Assembly (NCBI GenBank): GCA_951406725.2
Contig: OX597818.1
Location: 90,334,001-90,398,000 of the forward strand
Direction of reading: 5' to 3'
Origin: Octopus vulgaris
Taxonomy: Eukaryota
Length of the DNA stretch: 64,000 bases
Shown piece after piece: positions 44,009-58,990 of this stretch. The number at the start of each line of letters is the position of its first letter. The first letter of the stretch is position 1. The notes below the pieces were generated by a model. It worked only from the letters and a program-made list of their open reading frames with translations, searched no databases and was not told the DNA's origin. Made by a program: the position numbers and the translations under genes.

Positions 44009-45595
44009 CAAGTTAAGATGGGTTACCGATGTGGGAAGAAAGGCCCATTATTGAACCATCTGTTTATGGATGACATGAAATTGTTTGGGAAATCTGAAAA
44101 ACAGATATATTCCTTAACCAAAACAGTCCAGAAGTATGGTAGGGACATCGGTATGGAATTTGGGATTACCAAATACTTAGTACTTAATATGAAAAGAGGG
44201 AAGAAAGCTGCCTTGCCTGCAGCGGATTGCAGTTGCCATCAGGAGATACCATGGGTGAACCCGACGGTAGTGGGTATAGGTATTTAGGAATGTTGGAGCT
44301 GGATGACATTCTACACAGAGAAATGAAAGTCGAGGCGTATCAATAAGGGCAAAGATGGTGTTGAAATCCAACCTGAATGCCAAATATTTGATTACCGCAA
44401 TGAATATCTGGACAGTTGCGGTGGTTAAATATAGTGCGTCCATCCTCAAATGGACTAAGGAGGAAATATCAACACTGGATAGAAGGACGAGAAAGCTGAT
44501 GACGCGTCATGGGGCGCTAGACCCTAAAACAAACGTAAACAGACTATATATGAAAAGAAAGAATGGTGGCAGAGGACTAATTAGTATAGACAATTATATA
44601 AGGAATGAAAGAAGAACGCTTGTCGAATATTTGATAAATAGTGATGAAGACCTGCTACAATATGCCGCGAAGGATATGGGTGTAAATGCAAATGAAATGA
44701 TAAGCAAGGAAGAGTTTATCCAAAGAGCTGAGGAGAAGAGAAAAGAAGACCTTCTTGAAATGAGAATGCATGGACAGTTTGAAAGGAATACACAGGGCGT
44801 AAAGGTTAATACAGCATCGTGGGCATAGCTTGAGCGAGGTGGTTTGAAGTGTACCGTCGAAAGCCTGATCATTGCTGCACAAGAACATGCTCTTGCAACC
44901 AATTCAGTGAAGTATAACAACTATAAAACTTCTGACACCCAGAAATGCAGACTGTGGAAAGAATGTGGAAAATGTGACTCACTTGATGAGTGGGTGTGAG
45001 AGCTTTGTACAAAAAGAATATAAGCACCGCCACAATAAAATGTGTGTGCATCTTCATTGGCTCTTATGCCGTAAATACCAATATGAAGTAACAGAGAACT
45101 AGTATGAGCGTGTACCAAGTAAAGTTATGCAGGAGGGTAGAAAAGTAACGATACTCAGGGACTATGATTTTCAGAGGGATCGTGTAATCGAACACCGTCG
45201 GCTGGATATTGTCATATTGAATAAGAGAGACAAATGCTTTCAGATCATTGATGTAGCCATACCAAATGACATGAATGTTGTGAGTAAAGAGGTTGAAAAA
45301 AAATCACTCCGAAAAAGTACTCCGAATTGAAAGGGGAAATGGCAAGACTATGGAATGCGAGAGGATAATGTAAAAGTGATACCAGTGATGATCGGAGCGT
45401 TGGGCTCAATCCTATTGAAACTTCAAAACTTCTCAAGGCAACTGGAATCCTATGCAAGATTGATGTCTAGTATAAAGCAGTCTTATTGGGCACAGCGCAC
45501 ATCTTAATGAAAATATTATCTGTCTGAGGTCCTTGTTGTGATTTGACAGATGACTAAAGACACCGGTGCATTTTTACCTACTCTGTATTTCGAAG

Positions 45596-45596
<1 letters not shown>
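44008..45596 (+). mobile_element. Degenerate 5'-truncated RLE-type LINE (R4/Dong-like): RT C-terminus, CCHC finger, restriction-like endonuclease
   Basis: HLFMDDMKLF, RLYMKRKNGGRGL, CR...HLMSGC, KHRHNK, RRLDIV...IIDVAIP across frames; (AAT)n on both sides. Clade by eye. Confidence 0.8.
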
Positions 45597-45652
<56 letters not shown>

Positions 45653-45653
<1 letters not shown>

Positions 45654-46367
45654 CCTTTCTACTAAAAGCAAAAGGCTTGAATTTTCTTTTTTGGTGGGGT
45701 GGGGGTGGGATGGGGGACCAGTCGATTACATCGACCTCGGTGTTTCACTGGTACTTAATTTATCGATGCCGAAAGGATGAAAAGCAAAGCTAACCTCGGC
45801 AGAATTTGAACTCGGACCCTAAAGGCGGACGAAATACCGCAAAGCATTTTGCCCAGCGTGCTAACGATTCTGCCAGCTCGCCGCCGTAATAATCCTTTCT
45901 ACTATAGGCACGAGGCCTGGATTTTGTGGGGAGGAGAAGAGTCGCTCACCTCGATCCCAGTACTCATCTGGTACTTAAGTTATCGACCCTGAAAGGATGA
46001 AAGACAAAGTCGACGTCGCGGAATTTGAACTCAGAACGTAACGGCAGACGAAATACCGCTAAGTATTTCACCCGGCATGCTAATGATTCTGCCAGCTCGT
46101 TGCCTTAGTGATAATAGTAATACTACTACTACTACTACTACTACTACTAATAATAATAATAATAATAATAATAATGATAATAATAATAATAATCAAGGTC
46201 TGAAATTTTGGAGGAGGAGAGCAGTCGATTACATCGATCCCATTTTTTCACTGGTACTTTCTTTATCGACCCCGAAAAGATGAAAAGCAGCGTCGACCTC
46301 GGCGGAATTTGAACTCTGAACGTGAAGCATTCGTCCGGCGTGCTAACGATTCTGCCAGCTCGCAGCC

Positions 46368-46416
<49 letters not shown>

Positions 46417-46725
46417 TGGGTAGTCATGATGGGTATATTGGGCTTCGTATATTTTACCCCAGTGTCACTTTGATGGCATGCACTGCTCTCTCACTCAATA
46501 ATAATAATAATAATAATAATAATTCTTTCTACTAAAGGCACATGTCCTGAAATTTTGGGGAGAGGACAAGTCGATTACATTGACCCTTGTGTTTCACTGT
46601 TACTTAATTTATCGACCCCCTAAAGGATGAAAGGCAAAGCTGACCTCCGTCGAATTTGAACTCAGAATGAGGCGACAGGTGAAATGCCGCTGAGTATTTT
46701 GTCCAATGTAATAACGATTTTGTCA
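45653..46725 (-). mobile_element. Tandem cluster of four SINE family 2 copies separated by (AAT)n
   Basis: Repeated tcgaccccgaaaggatgaaa...gtcgacctcggcggaatttgaactc core. Confidence 0.85.
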
Positions 46726-46754
46726 GTTCAATAATAACAATTCTTGCCACTCAC

Positions 46755-46982
46755 CGAATGCAAATTGAAGGGAAACCCTATCGGTTTGCGCATTGTAAGG
46801 TCTGTTGAAGCGAATCACCACAGTGAATGAGAATCCTCTTCTCAAGACGAGTTTTGGGATTTGTTTCTCGTTCTCGTCGTTCACCTTTGATGTTATCGAA
46901 TACTCGTCAGTCTCATGCTTATTCGTGTTCTTCAGAATTTTGAAGTCAACATCTTCAACTTTCAAGCAGCCAGGAGTCGGAT
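46755..46982 (-). CDS. Transglutaminase exon 2 (N-terminal beta-sandwich, ...KLVLRRGFSFTVVIRFNRPY...)
   Basis: tag|AT acceptor, G|gtgagt donor, 228 nt; LVLRRG motif of the transglutaminase N domain. Confidence 0.93.
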
Positions 46983-48286
46983 CTAAAATATAAAAAATAC
47001 ACAGGTAAATAAATAATATATGTATATCAATAGCAGTTAGTTGTAGATAAATAATTTTGGCATTTATAGTTAAGCACAACCTAAGACAAACTAAATAGAA
47101 CAAATCACATCACGTTATCTTCACATGTGTGTGTGCGTGTGTGCGTGTGCGCGTGTGTGCGTGTGCGCGCGTGCGCGCTGAGATTCGTTGCCATCAAACT
47201 AAACGCAATGCTCAATCCTTCATCTCCTAGAACATCGTCCCTCTGAAATCACTTCCCCGCTCATTTCTCTCCTGCTGCTATTGACCTAGAAAAAAGGTAG
47301 GATATAGGAAGCATATATTATTTCTCCCCCTCTCTTTCTCTCATCTTTCGTTGGCTCTGCACGGATAAAGAAAATTAATTTCACTACTTGACTGGTACTT
47401 TATTTTATCGGCATTTGGGGATGACGAAATGGAAAAGCTAACCTCTGTGGGATTTCAAATAAGAATGTCAGGAGCCAAAACAAATGCCGCAGATTATTCT
47501 TTCCGAGACCCTGACGATCCTGCCTATTCCTCACCCCGGGCTGTAGCTAAATAATTATTTTTCATATAGGCGCCACACGGTGTTATACTTTATGTGATGG
47601 CTAGCCGTTAAAATTAGCTCTTGTAATTCATCATCATCAATGTCTGGAATTCTTGACTCCGGTCCTAGGACTCATAAGGCTGGTTGCTCGGGTTCTATGG
47701 CGGGTAAGCGACCGAAATCACAACATTATAACAGAACTCTAATCTGTCCCAGAGTTGAAAAAATTAATGAAAGAAAGATGACTGCCGTATTACCTAGTGA
47801 ATCAAGAGTAATCATTCAAGATATATCACGGTAAGTAAAGGTAATCTAGTCTCAACTCCTGGGGTAGTTATACAGTCTCCATGATATACAACTGACCGTG
47901 TTCATAATATTTTTCCTGAACAGGACGTCGGCCTATTGCATGTTACTCATTTACAGCTGAATGGCATAGAGCAGCATGGAATGTTTGCTTAAGAACATAG
48001 CTCACTGCCCGGTCCAAGAATCGAAGCCAAGACCCTTCAATCATAAACGGGAACGCCTTAACCGCTAGGTTATGCTCTTTCAATGGTGCAAAATGGCCTT
48101 ACTTCACTGGTACTTAATTTCATCGACCCTGATAGAATGAAAGGCAAAGCTGGTATCGATATGATTTGAACTCAAAGCATAATGAGCTGGGGAAATATCA
48201 CAACGCATTTTCCCCACCCTGAAACACTTTAAGGTTTCTGTTGACCGATCGCCTTGAGCCGTAATTTAAATAACGAAAAGCATTTT

Positions 48287-48551
48287 CAGCGTGGAAGGTG
48301 TTTATAAGCCATTTAAGAAACACACAAAATCCGTTAGATTCACTTAAACATTTAAATTTAATTTGTCGAAATATTTTCATCGTTTTGAGACCGCGACCTG
48401 TTCTCTGACAATATTCAGCACGGAATTTTGTCTGTGGTCTCAGAGCGGTCTCAGAGCGACGAAAATATTGTGACAAATTAAATTTAAATGTTGAAGTGAA
48501 TCTAACGGATTTAGTTTGTTTCTTAAATGGCTTATAAACACCTTCCACGCT
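48287..48551. repeat. Inverted repeat element with arms of about 105 bp
   Basis: cagcgtggaaggtgtttataagccatttaagaaac mirrors gtttcttaaatggcttataaacaccttccacgctg. Confidence 0.85.
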
Positions 48552-48921
48552 GCAATTGTTTTCGTTCCAGCACACGCTCTCAGAAAAGGCCACTTGCTAT
48601 TCAAGTACATTTCCGAAAAGCATTTTGTTTTACTTTAACGAATCGGCTTTGACTCACACTTAACACAAATATACCACTAGATCTGACACTAACGATTCTT
48701 CCAACACATCGCCTTCATTCACAATTCCAAAAAAGAATAATTAACATAATGCAACTCTGAAATAACACTTTACTTACAAAAAGAACGAAAACAAATAAAA
48801 TAATTTTGAAAATAAAACAAAAACACGAACCCACCCACTGTGCATACAAGTTACGTGAAAGTTGCCAGACTGGTGAAGTTGAGATCGCGATGTATGAATA
48901 AGCATTATTTCTGTTGTTGTT

Positions 48922-48954
<33 letters not shown>

Positions 48955-49945
48955 AGTGGCGGTGGTTTCTAATTTATTTGAAAGGCTGATAGTTTCGGTA
49001 AAAGCACTTGGATCGATCTTAGTGCTTCATCGGTACTTTATTTTATCAACCTCAAAAATATAAAAGGAAAAGATGACCTCAGTGGGCTTTGAAATCGGAA
49101 TATAACCGGAACAAGGTATTTTGGGGGGACTGTCAGTCCACCGCCATGAAAATCCTTTCCGCTGAAGGCACAAGGCCTGAAATTTGGCGAGAGTGGACAA
49201 GTCGATTACATCGACCCCAATGTTTCACTGTTAATTTATCAACACTGAATGGCTGAAAGGCTAAGTCGACCTCGGTGGAATTTGAACTCAAAACGTAAAG
49301 ACAGACGAAATGCCCATAGGTATTTTTCCCGGCGTACTAATGATTCTACCAGCTCTCCGCCTTAATCAACCGCCATAATAGCAATGATAATGATTTTAAA
49401 TTCTAGCACAAGGTCGGAAATTTCGAGAAAACAGTGCAAAGTCGATCAGATCGACCCCAGTATTCAACTGGTACTTACTTCATCGATCCCGAAACGATGA
49501 AAGGCAAAGTCGACCTTGACGACAATTGAGTACAGAACGTAAAAGACGGACGAAATGCAGCTATGCATTTTGTCCGGCGTGCTAAAAATTCTGCCAGCTC
49601 TCCGCTTTAAACAGTTTGTTAATAATATCAAACAATATACTGTGAAGAGATACAGTGTATGACCATCAGAAAGTAACTATACATGTTAAAAGAAACTAAC
49701 AAAGTTGAATCATACTTTACCAACGTTTCAGTAGCAGAGACGCTAAAAGATGGATTAGCCATTGGCTTTCCTATAGGACCTACTTCTGCAACTTTCTACG
49801 AGGTATTAGCAGAAGACGGGCTAATAACTGGCCAGAAACGGAAGAGAAAATTTGTGGACAGTATATGAATATACGCGTCATATTAGAAAACGTTTAGATA
49901 TTAAGGAACAACACTGCGCCAAAATATAATGTTTAGAGAAGTAGG

Positions 49946-50163
49946 CTTTTATTCTTTTACTTGTTTCAGTCATTTGACTGCGGCCATGCTGGAGCACCGC
50001 CTTTAGTCGAGCAAATCGACCCCGGGACTTTGTAAGCCTAGTACTTATTCTATATGTCTCTTTTTGCCGAACCGCTAAGTTACGGGGACGTAAACACACC
50101 AGCATCGGTTGTCAAGCGATGCTGGAGGAACAAGCACAGACACACAGACATATACACACACAT

Positions 50164-50195
<32 letters not shown>

Positions 50196-50337
50196 GACGA
50201 GCTTCTTTCAGTTTCCGCCTACCAAATCCACTCACATGGCTTTAGTCGGCCCGAGGCTATAGTAGAAGACACTTGCCCAAGAAGCCAACCACGTGGTTGG
50301 TAAGCAAGCTACTTACCACACAGCCACTCTTGCGCCT
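49946..50337 (-). mobile_element. tRNA-derived SINE family 1
   Basis: Reverse-complement match to the 32854 copy. Confidence 0.88.
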
Positions 50338-51559
50338 ATATAAATATAAATCCTATAAGTATATATATATAAATCCTAGCAATATCACGCGTATCCATTC
50401 CTAGATATGAAAATTCAGATGGTCCATAACAGATTTATCATATTGATTTATATCATAAACAAAACTACATGCATTTATTTATAGAGAGATAGCAAATGTG
50501 TTCATAAATGCAAAATATAATTAAAATCCTAATCTATAAACGAAACACTGAAAAAAAGACATTCACCGAAAAAAAAAACCTTAACCAACAACGGGTATTC
50601 TAACAAAACGAATAAGCCATCAAACAACACACCTATAAATAGTAAGCAAGAAATACCTCATACACTAAGCCTATTAAAAATACACAAACCGCACATAAAT
50701 GGTTTATTTGAGTCCACTACATATTAACTACAAAACAGATAATAGGTAAAATGTCTCAAATAAAACAATTATTACACTAATCCATAAACCAACACAGATA
50801 ATATAATATAATACGAATATAATATAATACGAAACGCTATAATTAAAACCTTATTAAGAACAGAGCACAAGTATGTAAGCCCACGAACATTTTAGTAATG
50901 TTCGACGTGTTTTCTTTTTTATTTGACTTTAACGAGAAAATAGTGAACTTCACGAGTCTAACTGTTATATTGGGTTCAAAAATACACCACTCTCCTGTCA
51001 ACTGCTCTTACACTTACCTCAATAAACAGCAGTGGTGCTCGTTGACACGCAACAACATTAGATAGCTTTATATTCATGGACATCATATCTAAGCCATCTT
51101 TGCACAACATGCAATTAAAAAAATGACCATTTAATAGTCAATTATATTTAATTGCGAACGAAATGAAAACGCTTCGGATTACAACGAAAACGGAAGATCA
51201 TTGAAAGACTAGTAGAAGCACTTCGTCGGTTACGACGACGAGGGTCCCAGCTGCTACGATCAGCGGAACAGCTTTCTCGTGAGATTGACGTGCAAGTGGT
51301 TGAGCAATCCACAGACACGTGTACCCCTAACATAGTTCTCAGAGAGATTCAGCGTGACACAGAGTGTGACAAGGCCAGCCCTTTGAAATACAGGCACTAC
51401 TCCTTTTTGCCAGCTGAATGGACTGAAGGAACGTGAAATAAAGTATCTTGCTCAAGGACACAACGCGTCGCCGGCAATTGAACTCACGACCTTACAATCG
51501 TGAGCCAAATGCCCTAACCACAAAGCCACGCGCCTTCAGATTGGAAGACTAAGAACACA

Positions 51560-52260
51560 CAAAATAAAATACCCTTTCTTTGCACAAACCTCGTCCTTAA
51601 GAAGCTACATAATTCTGACACAAATTAAATACTAGTTTTAATGTTTCCTTTTTAGTTTTTTGACAATAATTTATTAGGTAATTAGACGTTACCAACATTC
51701 AAATCTATAAACTTTCTAACCCGCACATAACTTTTCATATTTTAATCCTTTAGTTATTATAACTGATTTTGTTTTAGACCGAATGGAGAGAATTAGAGAC
51801 ACACGTTGGAACAAAACTTACAGGTGAAACCCAAAGTAATAAATTTATCAAAAAAAAAAAAAAACTTTCTTTGCAGCAAAATCAGTATACTCGCTAAAGG
51901 ATTAAAATTTACCCCAACACCACAAAGATCTAAGTATAATGAAATTAAAGACAATATTTAGGAATTCTGCAGAAAACTACGAGTTACAGAAGCAATAAGT
52001 GACTACAACAACTAAGATGAATCACTGGTTAAAAACAGATGACTTCTGCGACCTTATGTAAAAATTTCCTATATACTTTCCATAAATGAAAAATTAATTC
52101 AAACTTCAACTATCTAGAATAGAAAAATCTAATTGAACCACAAAACAACAAAGACCTGGCAATTAAAGAAGCAGACAAAGGAAGTGCTGTAGTCCTGATG
52201 GACACAGAATTCGACAGAAACCTAGTTTTGTCTATGCTAAAAAACGATGTTTTCTACGGA
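51560..52260 (+). mobile_element. Penelope-like element ORF remnant
   Basis: VINLS...SILAKGLKFTPTP and DLAIKEADKGSAVVLMD motifs typical of the PLE N-terminal/RT region; frameshifted; left boundary uncertain. Confidence 0.7.
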
Positions 52261-52835
52261 AAAGTTGACATGTGCGCGCTTGTGTATATGTGTTTGTGAG
52301 GATCTTGAAGCGTGTTTCAATGTAAGTGGGTATTTTACGATTTGCATACAGTTTGTGCACATTTTGTTAAGAATATGAGCATAAGATATGTGAGTGGAAT
52401 AAGCCGTTTGGTGCTGTGTGCGACAGTGTGTACGTGCGAAGGCGAGAATAAGTGTGTACGTGCGAAGGCGAGAATAAGTGTGCGAATGTGTGTGTGTGAA
52501 TACAGGTGTCAATATAGTGGTTCAGTGAACGCTCACATAAATGTACCAGCAAATATGAACTCAGAGAGAGAAAGAGAGAGAGAGAAGGAAAGAGAGAGAC
52601 ACACACAAACACTCAATTGGCCTGGTTTTACGTACATCATTGCATATATTAAAGCTTCCCATACACACACACTCATGTAAAAACACACACTCGTATATAT
52701 ACCTGTAGGTTTGTGTGTGTGTGTGTGTGTGTGTGTACATGTATATAGATGGTTAAGTACATAGATAAATACATATACACAGATAGTTAAAGGGAGAGAG
52801 AGAGAGTTTACAGAGATAGACGCACACTTATAAGA

Positions 52836-52883
<48 letters not shown>

Positions 52884-53789
52884 GTATGTATACATATATG
52901 CAAATATAGTATGCATATATACTATATATGTGTGTGATACAGAATACAAAATATATGGGGATATATGTTGTGCGTATATATATGTATGACTGTTAAATTT
53001 GTGTGTGTGTGTGCGTGTATGTATGTGTTTGCGTTCTGTACCTATGTGTTGATATTGGTAAATGTCAGTCACGTTGGGTTTGTATAGAGGGCGTCAGCTG
53101 AGTTGGTGACATAATATAACTGATATATAGAAGTTACAGTAGGGTTTAAATGTTAATACAGGGTAACAGTGTGCGTGTGTTGGGTGGAAAAGAGGTGGTC
53201 GTAACGTTAAATGATGGCGAAGGTATGTCAAATAGATAATTAGGGCGGGAGAGGCACAGAAGCGGACAACTGAATAACGAGCTAGTAAATTATTTATATG
53301 TGTGTGTCTGTGTGTATAACAGTCTAAATCGGTATGTGAAAGAAAAGTATTTTGTTAAGCTATTCGTCCTTTACATTTAAAGTGGACTTAAGCATAAAGT
53401 CCGATTTTATTGAATATAATAATAAAATTGTTTCAAAGCCGTGCCTCATTATGGACACAGTCCAACGTATAAAACCATTAAAGGATACTTATAACAAACA
53501 GCTACGCACGCTCCTCCCCACGCATGGGTATTATATATACGTGACCGTGTATAAGTGCGTGCATGTGCGTGTGTCTGTGTGTTCACCAACACGTGTATGT
53601 ATGTCTATGCGTGTATGTATGCATGTTACAAAAATACATATAGGTACATAGTTTGAGTGTCGGTTGAATAGCGTGTTAAAGTAAACCTCACCCAAAAACC
53701 TATCCGAGACAGGCAAACTAACAGATACATACAAGCTCATATGCATGAATGTAGGTGAGTGTATACATAAATTACATATACATATATTA

Positions 53790-53942
53790 GAGGCGTACGA
53801 GTGGCTGTGTGGTAAGTAGCTTGCTTACGAACCACATGGTTCCGGGTTCAGTCCCACTGCGTGGCAACTTGGCCAAGTGTCTTCTACTATAGCCTCGAGC
53901 CGTCAAAGCCTTGTGATAGACGGAAACTGAAAGAAGCCCGTC

Positions 53943-53994
<52 letters not shown>

Positions 53995-54170
53995 TATATA
54001 TATATCATATATATATATATATATATATCATATATATATATCATATATATATATCATATATATATATCATATATATATATATGTGTGTGTGTATGTCCAA
54101 CATCGCTTGACAACCGATGCTGGTGTGGTTACGTCCCCGTAACTTAGTGGTTTGGCAAAAGTAAAAGAGT
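53790..54170 (+). mobile_element. tRNA-derived SINE family 1 with expanded internal (TA)n and internally deleted tail
   Basis: Head and body match the 32854 copy. Confidence 0.82.
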
Positions 54171-54723
54171 ATATATATTTATATATACATACATGTATAT
54201 ATATACACCTACACGTGTGTGTGTGTATATATACATACATACATATATATATACACAATAGGTACAAGGCCGGAGATTTTGGGGAAGGAGACTAGTTGAT
54301 TACCTTGACCTAAGTTTGAACTCGTAACAGAAAGTTATAAAAAGACCAATCAAATATCGCTTAATGTGCGTGTGTGACTGCACGTACATAGTTACACAGC
54401 GCGTAAACACGCTTTCCCTACAGACATACTTGTACACCCACTTATGTGAAAAACAAAGTGGAGCATCTGATCATGTGAATTGCTTGATTTAAAAAAGAAA
54501 AAAACACAAAACAATTTTTTTTTTGAAAAAAAGCACACCACTTCATATAACATTAAGATAAACCCTCCACTAAACAATACATGCTGAAGAAACAAAAGAT
54601 ACTTTTATTTCTCTCAACTAATGGTCATAAAACTAATTATTTTTCTGCTTTTGGCGAGTGGGCAGATGTAACTGTGACTTATAAAGTAGGCAGAGTCATA
54701 GGTAGAGTAATAACCGAAAGTCA

Positions 54724-55110
54724 AGGCGGCGAGCTGGCAGAAACGTTAGCACGCAAGGCGAAATGCTTAGCGGTATTTCGTCTGCCGTTACGTTGTGAGT
54801 TCAAATTCCATCGAGGTCGACTTTACCTTTCATCCTTTCGGGGTCGATAAATTAAGTACCAGTTATGCACTGGGGTCGATATAATCGATTTAATCCGTTT
54901 GTCTGTCCTCTCTGTGTTTAGCCCCTTGTGGGTAGTAAAGAAATAGGTATTTCGTCTGTCTTTACATTCTGTGTTCGAATTCCACCGAGGTCGACTTTGC
55001 CTTTCATCCTTTCGGGGTCGATAAATTAAGTATCAGTTGCGTGCTGGGGTCGATCTGATTGACCGGCTTCCTCCCACAAAATTTCTAGCCGTGTGACTAG
55101 AGTAGAAAGG
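54724..55110 (+). mobile_element. SINE family 2 dimer
   Basis: Core repeated twice. Confidence 0.82.
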
Positions 55111-55794
55111 AATAAACGAAAGGCATGTCAAAGATCACAGACAGCAAGTGGTGTGTTGGTATGCCAAAGTTCAAAGTGCTGTAAAATATATTTTTGTCTG
55201 TTTTTCTTCCATGTAGCTTCAGGTTCAGTCCCACTGAGCGGCATCTCCGGCAAGCGTATTCCTTCTACTATTGTACCAGGTGAACCAATGCCATGTGACT
55301 GAATCTGGTGAACGTAATCTCTTTGGAAGCCCAATATTTGTCATCGTCGATTGTTTACTCTGTACGTCCATTCTGTCGTTGTTCGTTCGTTCGAAGCTCT
55401 AACTCTCCACAAATTTTGTATTGTTAAAATTTCTGGAAGCTGCTGTTTTATGAAGGGTTCCTATCTTGTCGTTGAAAGCATGAAATATGGAGTAATTAAC
55501 AGTCGACAACTGAGGAGGGGTTAGACTACTTTTGGTATTTTGTTCCGTACTTGTCTCATTATAAGTTTATGTATTTTTCACTCGTTGGTGATGTCCTATA
55601 CTTGATGTATTTTATGTGTGTGTGCGCGCGCGTGTGTATGCATGCTTTTATGTGTGTGTATATGCCTGCTTGTTTGTGTGCCTGTATGTTTCCCTTCCCA
55701 CTGATTGACAATCGGTATTAGTGTGTTTACATCCTCGTAACTTAGCGGTTCGGTAAAAAAAAACCCAGAAAACATTTAACTACGAGACTAAAAA

Positions 55795-55850
<56 letters not shown>

Positions 55851-56281
55851 GTGTCCATTTGTTAGACTAAGTCTATGAGTGAAACGAGTAAAAAAAAAAG
55901 AAAAAAAAGGTGGGTGTGAGCTATGGTCTTTCATATTAAGCAATGCACTCCTAAAATAAAATTCAGAATTCTAAAGAATGCTAGTAACTAGCTCTCATAC
56001 TGATTTATAACGTACATCTGCTCTTCCGTAAAAAGAAACAAAAAGTGAAAACAGGCAGGACCTTTGTCTTTAGATATTTGCGGACCATGTTTTAGCAAAC
56101 TTAGACGGCATGATGAAAACGAGGCTATGTGTTTTGCCATCAATGTCATATATGTTTTAGATATTAGATCAAGGCCTATGCCAGTTATGTTTCTGTTTCC
56201 TTCGGGAATATCGCTATGCTAAAACACGCAACGATGAAGAAAGCGTTCTGTCACGCATCACGACTTTTTATTCAAAATACT

Positions 56282-56352
56282 TTATTCCAACGACCTTATT
56301 CCAACGACCTTATTCCAACGACCTTATTCTAACGACCTTATTCTAACGACCT
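56282..56352. repeat. 14 bp tandem repeat (ttattccaacgacc) x5 inside a SINE family 2 remnant
   Basis: Directly visible. Confidence 0.85.
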
Positions 56353-57591
56353 TGAAAGGCTGAAAGAGAAAGTCGTCCGCTGTGGCATTTGAACTCGGAA
56401 TATGGAGGATGGAGAAATGCCGCTAAGCATTTTGCATGTTCGCTTCTACCAGTTCGCTTCCTTAAGACGTGACAATATACTGACGAGAAAAGTGATGATA
56501 ACACAAGCATACAGTGAAAATGATATTACTGAAGTGGATACTATGAAGGAATTGTATATATTTAAATAACAGGCTTCCCACGATTCTAATCTTAAGAATT
56601 GATGAGGAAAACTCCTTCATGTAGTAGAGTGGAATCTCATATCAAATGGATAAATTCTACAATGTATACAGAGTTATTCTCTTACAGTATTTTTAGTCTG
56701 AACAAAAGTGGGGTGTAGAGGTCCGCGCGCACGTGCTTCTATATGTATGAACGCAGTTTGGCCGAATGTAGATTGTCAGATAGAGAAGTTAAGTGGTGAG
56801 CGAAAGAACATCGTGAAAGATAAAGGCGTTTACATGAAAGGAATTAACAAGTATGGAAAAAACATAGACGAAGTGGGAGGACAAGAAACAGCAAATTTGG
56901 ACGTTGCAGAAAAATTTCTTGATATAACTTTATAAATTAGGTAACAAGGTGATAATGAAATGGAAAGAGATTACAGAGAAAATGATGACGAGGTTGAAGG
57001 TAATACATTTTCATTTCTAACATTGGCACAAAGGCAAAACACAATTATCATCGATGTATAGTGGAATACATAGCCCCAAGGAATTATTTGGTACTATTTG
57101 AACGACACCAAATTGAAAGAAAAGAAAATTCAAATCACGCAACTTAGACGTTCGAAAAATTAAGTGACATGCTGTTATAGTTATCAGAAACGATATGCTC
57201 CAGTAAAAACCCTTGGCGGTGGGCGAACGCTATTTAATTAATTAATTCAGTTCATTATTGCCATAATAACTTTGATTTCGGTTCAACTTGATTTGTACTG
57301 ACCTGAGGAAAAACAACATCTCTCCTAGGGATCCTAACAGATAAGGAGGGATCGCCTGCTGTATCCTGTTGTCTGTTTCGAGAAAAAGACATCGATAAAA
57401 TATGTACTATGCTGAAGTATTTATTAATGGCATCGTCTAATGACTGATGCCATTAAAATACTATATATATGTATATGCGTTGTGTATGTGTGCCATCATA
57501 ATGTAAACATTAATACGCCCTACCTAACTTACTATTAATGATTTGTATATCAGATGATGTTTGCACTAGATTAAATATATTTTAATATATT

Positions 57592-58168
57592 TGTTTCTAT
57601 ATTACCCACAGGGGGCTAAACATAGACAGGACAAACTAAAGGATTAAGTTGATTACATTGACCCCAATGCGTAACTGGTACTTATTTAATCGACCCCGAA
57701 AGGATGAAAGGCAAAGTTGACCTCGGCGGAATTTGAACTCAGAACGTAGCGGCAGACGAAATACAACTAAGTATTTCGCCCGGTGTGCTAACGTTTCTGC
57801 CAGTTCTCCGCCATAATATATTCTTTTCTACTCTACCCACAAGGTCCAAAATTTTGGGGGAGGGGTCCAGTCGATAAGAATGACTCCAGTACGCAACTGG
57901 TACCTAATTTATCGACCCCGAAAGGATGAAAGGCAAAGTCAATATTAGCGGAATTTGAACTCGGAACGTAACGGCAGTCAAAATACCTATTTCTTTACTA
58001 CCCACGAGGAATTAAACACAAAGAGGACAAACAAGAGCAGACAAACGGATTAAGTCGATTATATCGACCCCAGTGCGTAACTGGTACTTATTTAATTGAC
58101 CCCGAAAGGATGAAAGGGAAAGTCGACCTCGGCGGAGTTTGAACTCAGAACGTAGCGGCAGACGAAAG
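57592..58168 (-). mobile_element. SINE family 2 cluster (three cores)
   Basis: Core repeated. Confidence 0.82.
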
Positions 58169-58316
58169 GCCTGGTCGGAGGCTTAGTAAAACTGAATCTG
58201 AGAGGGGAATGTGTTGAATAAAATAATTTATCCTTCTGTATTTTCTTTTATCTAAAGCCAGGAATTTTTTTAGCACTCCCTCGCATATGTGTGTATATAT
58301 ATATATATATATATCG

Positions 58317-58352
<36 letters not shown>

Positions 58353-58638
58353 AATCCTTTCTACTATAGGCACAAAGCCTCAAAAATAATAACTATGATA
58401 ATCATGAGCTTACAGTGATCACAGGGTATTGGCTACAGAAAATAAAGTAATATTCAAATATATAAGCTCTCGACGGAAAAAGGTGGGTATCAGTTCGTTG
58501 GGGGCTTGTATGGCCCATTATAAGACTGTTTTCTTTAACCAATACACGGTGATCGCTTATAAGCATTAGGCTTCTAATTATTATTATCATTTGCGGAATT
58601 TTCACTCGTCACTGCTTTTTCTATTTAAAGTATGCATG

Positions 58639-58686
<48 letters not shown>

Positions 58687-58936
58687 TTGAAACACTCCAG
58701 TCACAACCTGGGACGTTGAAGACTGCTTTAATACAAGAAAGTATACTAGTCCCTTAATATTTGGTATTCAATATTTCATCTATTCAATAAGACAATCAAT
58801 ACTTCATTTCCTTATACTACTATATATACTTTTTACACTATATATCAATATTATAAAGAATATAAATAAAACATAAAAAACAGAGTTGGAATTTCTTTGA
58901 ATAATATATATCCCTCTATACACAATCATACAAACC

Positions 58937-58990
<54 letters not shown>

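Noticed and set aside
51010-51060. Alternative first exon MLLRVNEHHCCLL with a strong gtaagt donor
   Set aside because: Ends in phase 2, incompatible with exon 2 (phase 1); lies in repeat-derived sequence
56282-56352. CRISPR-like short repeats
   Set aside because: Direct tandem 14-mers without spacers in a eukaryotic SINE
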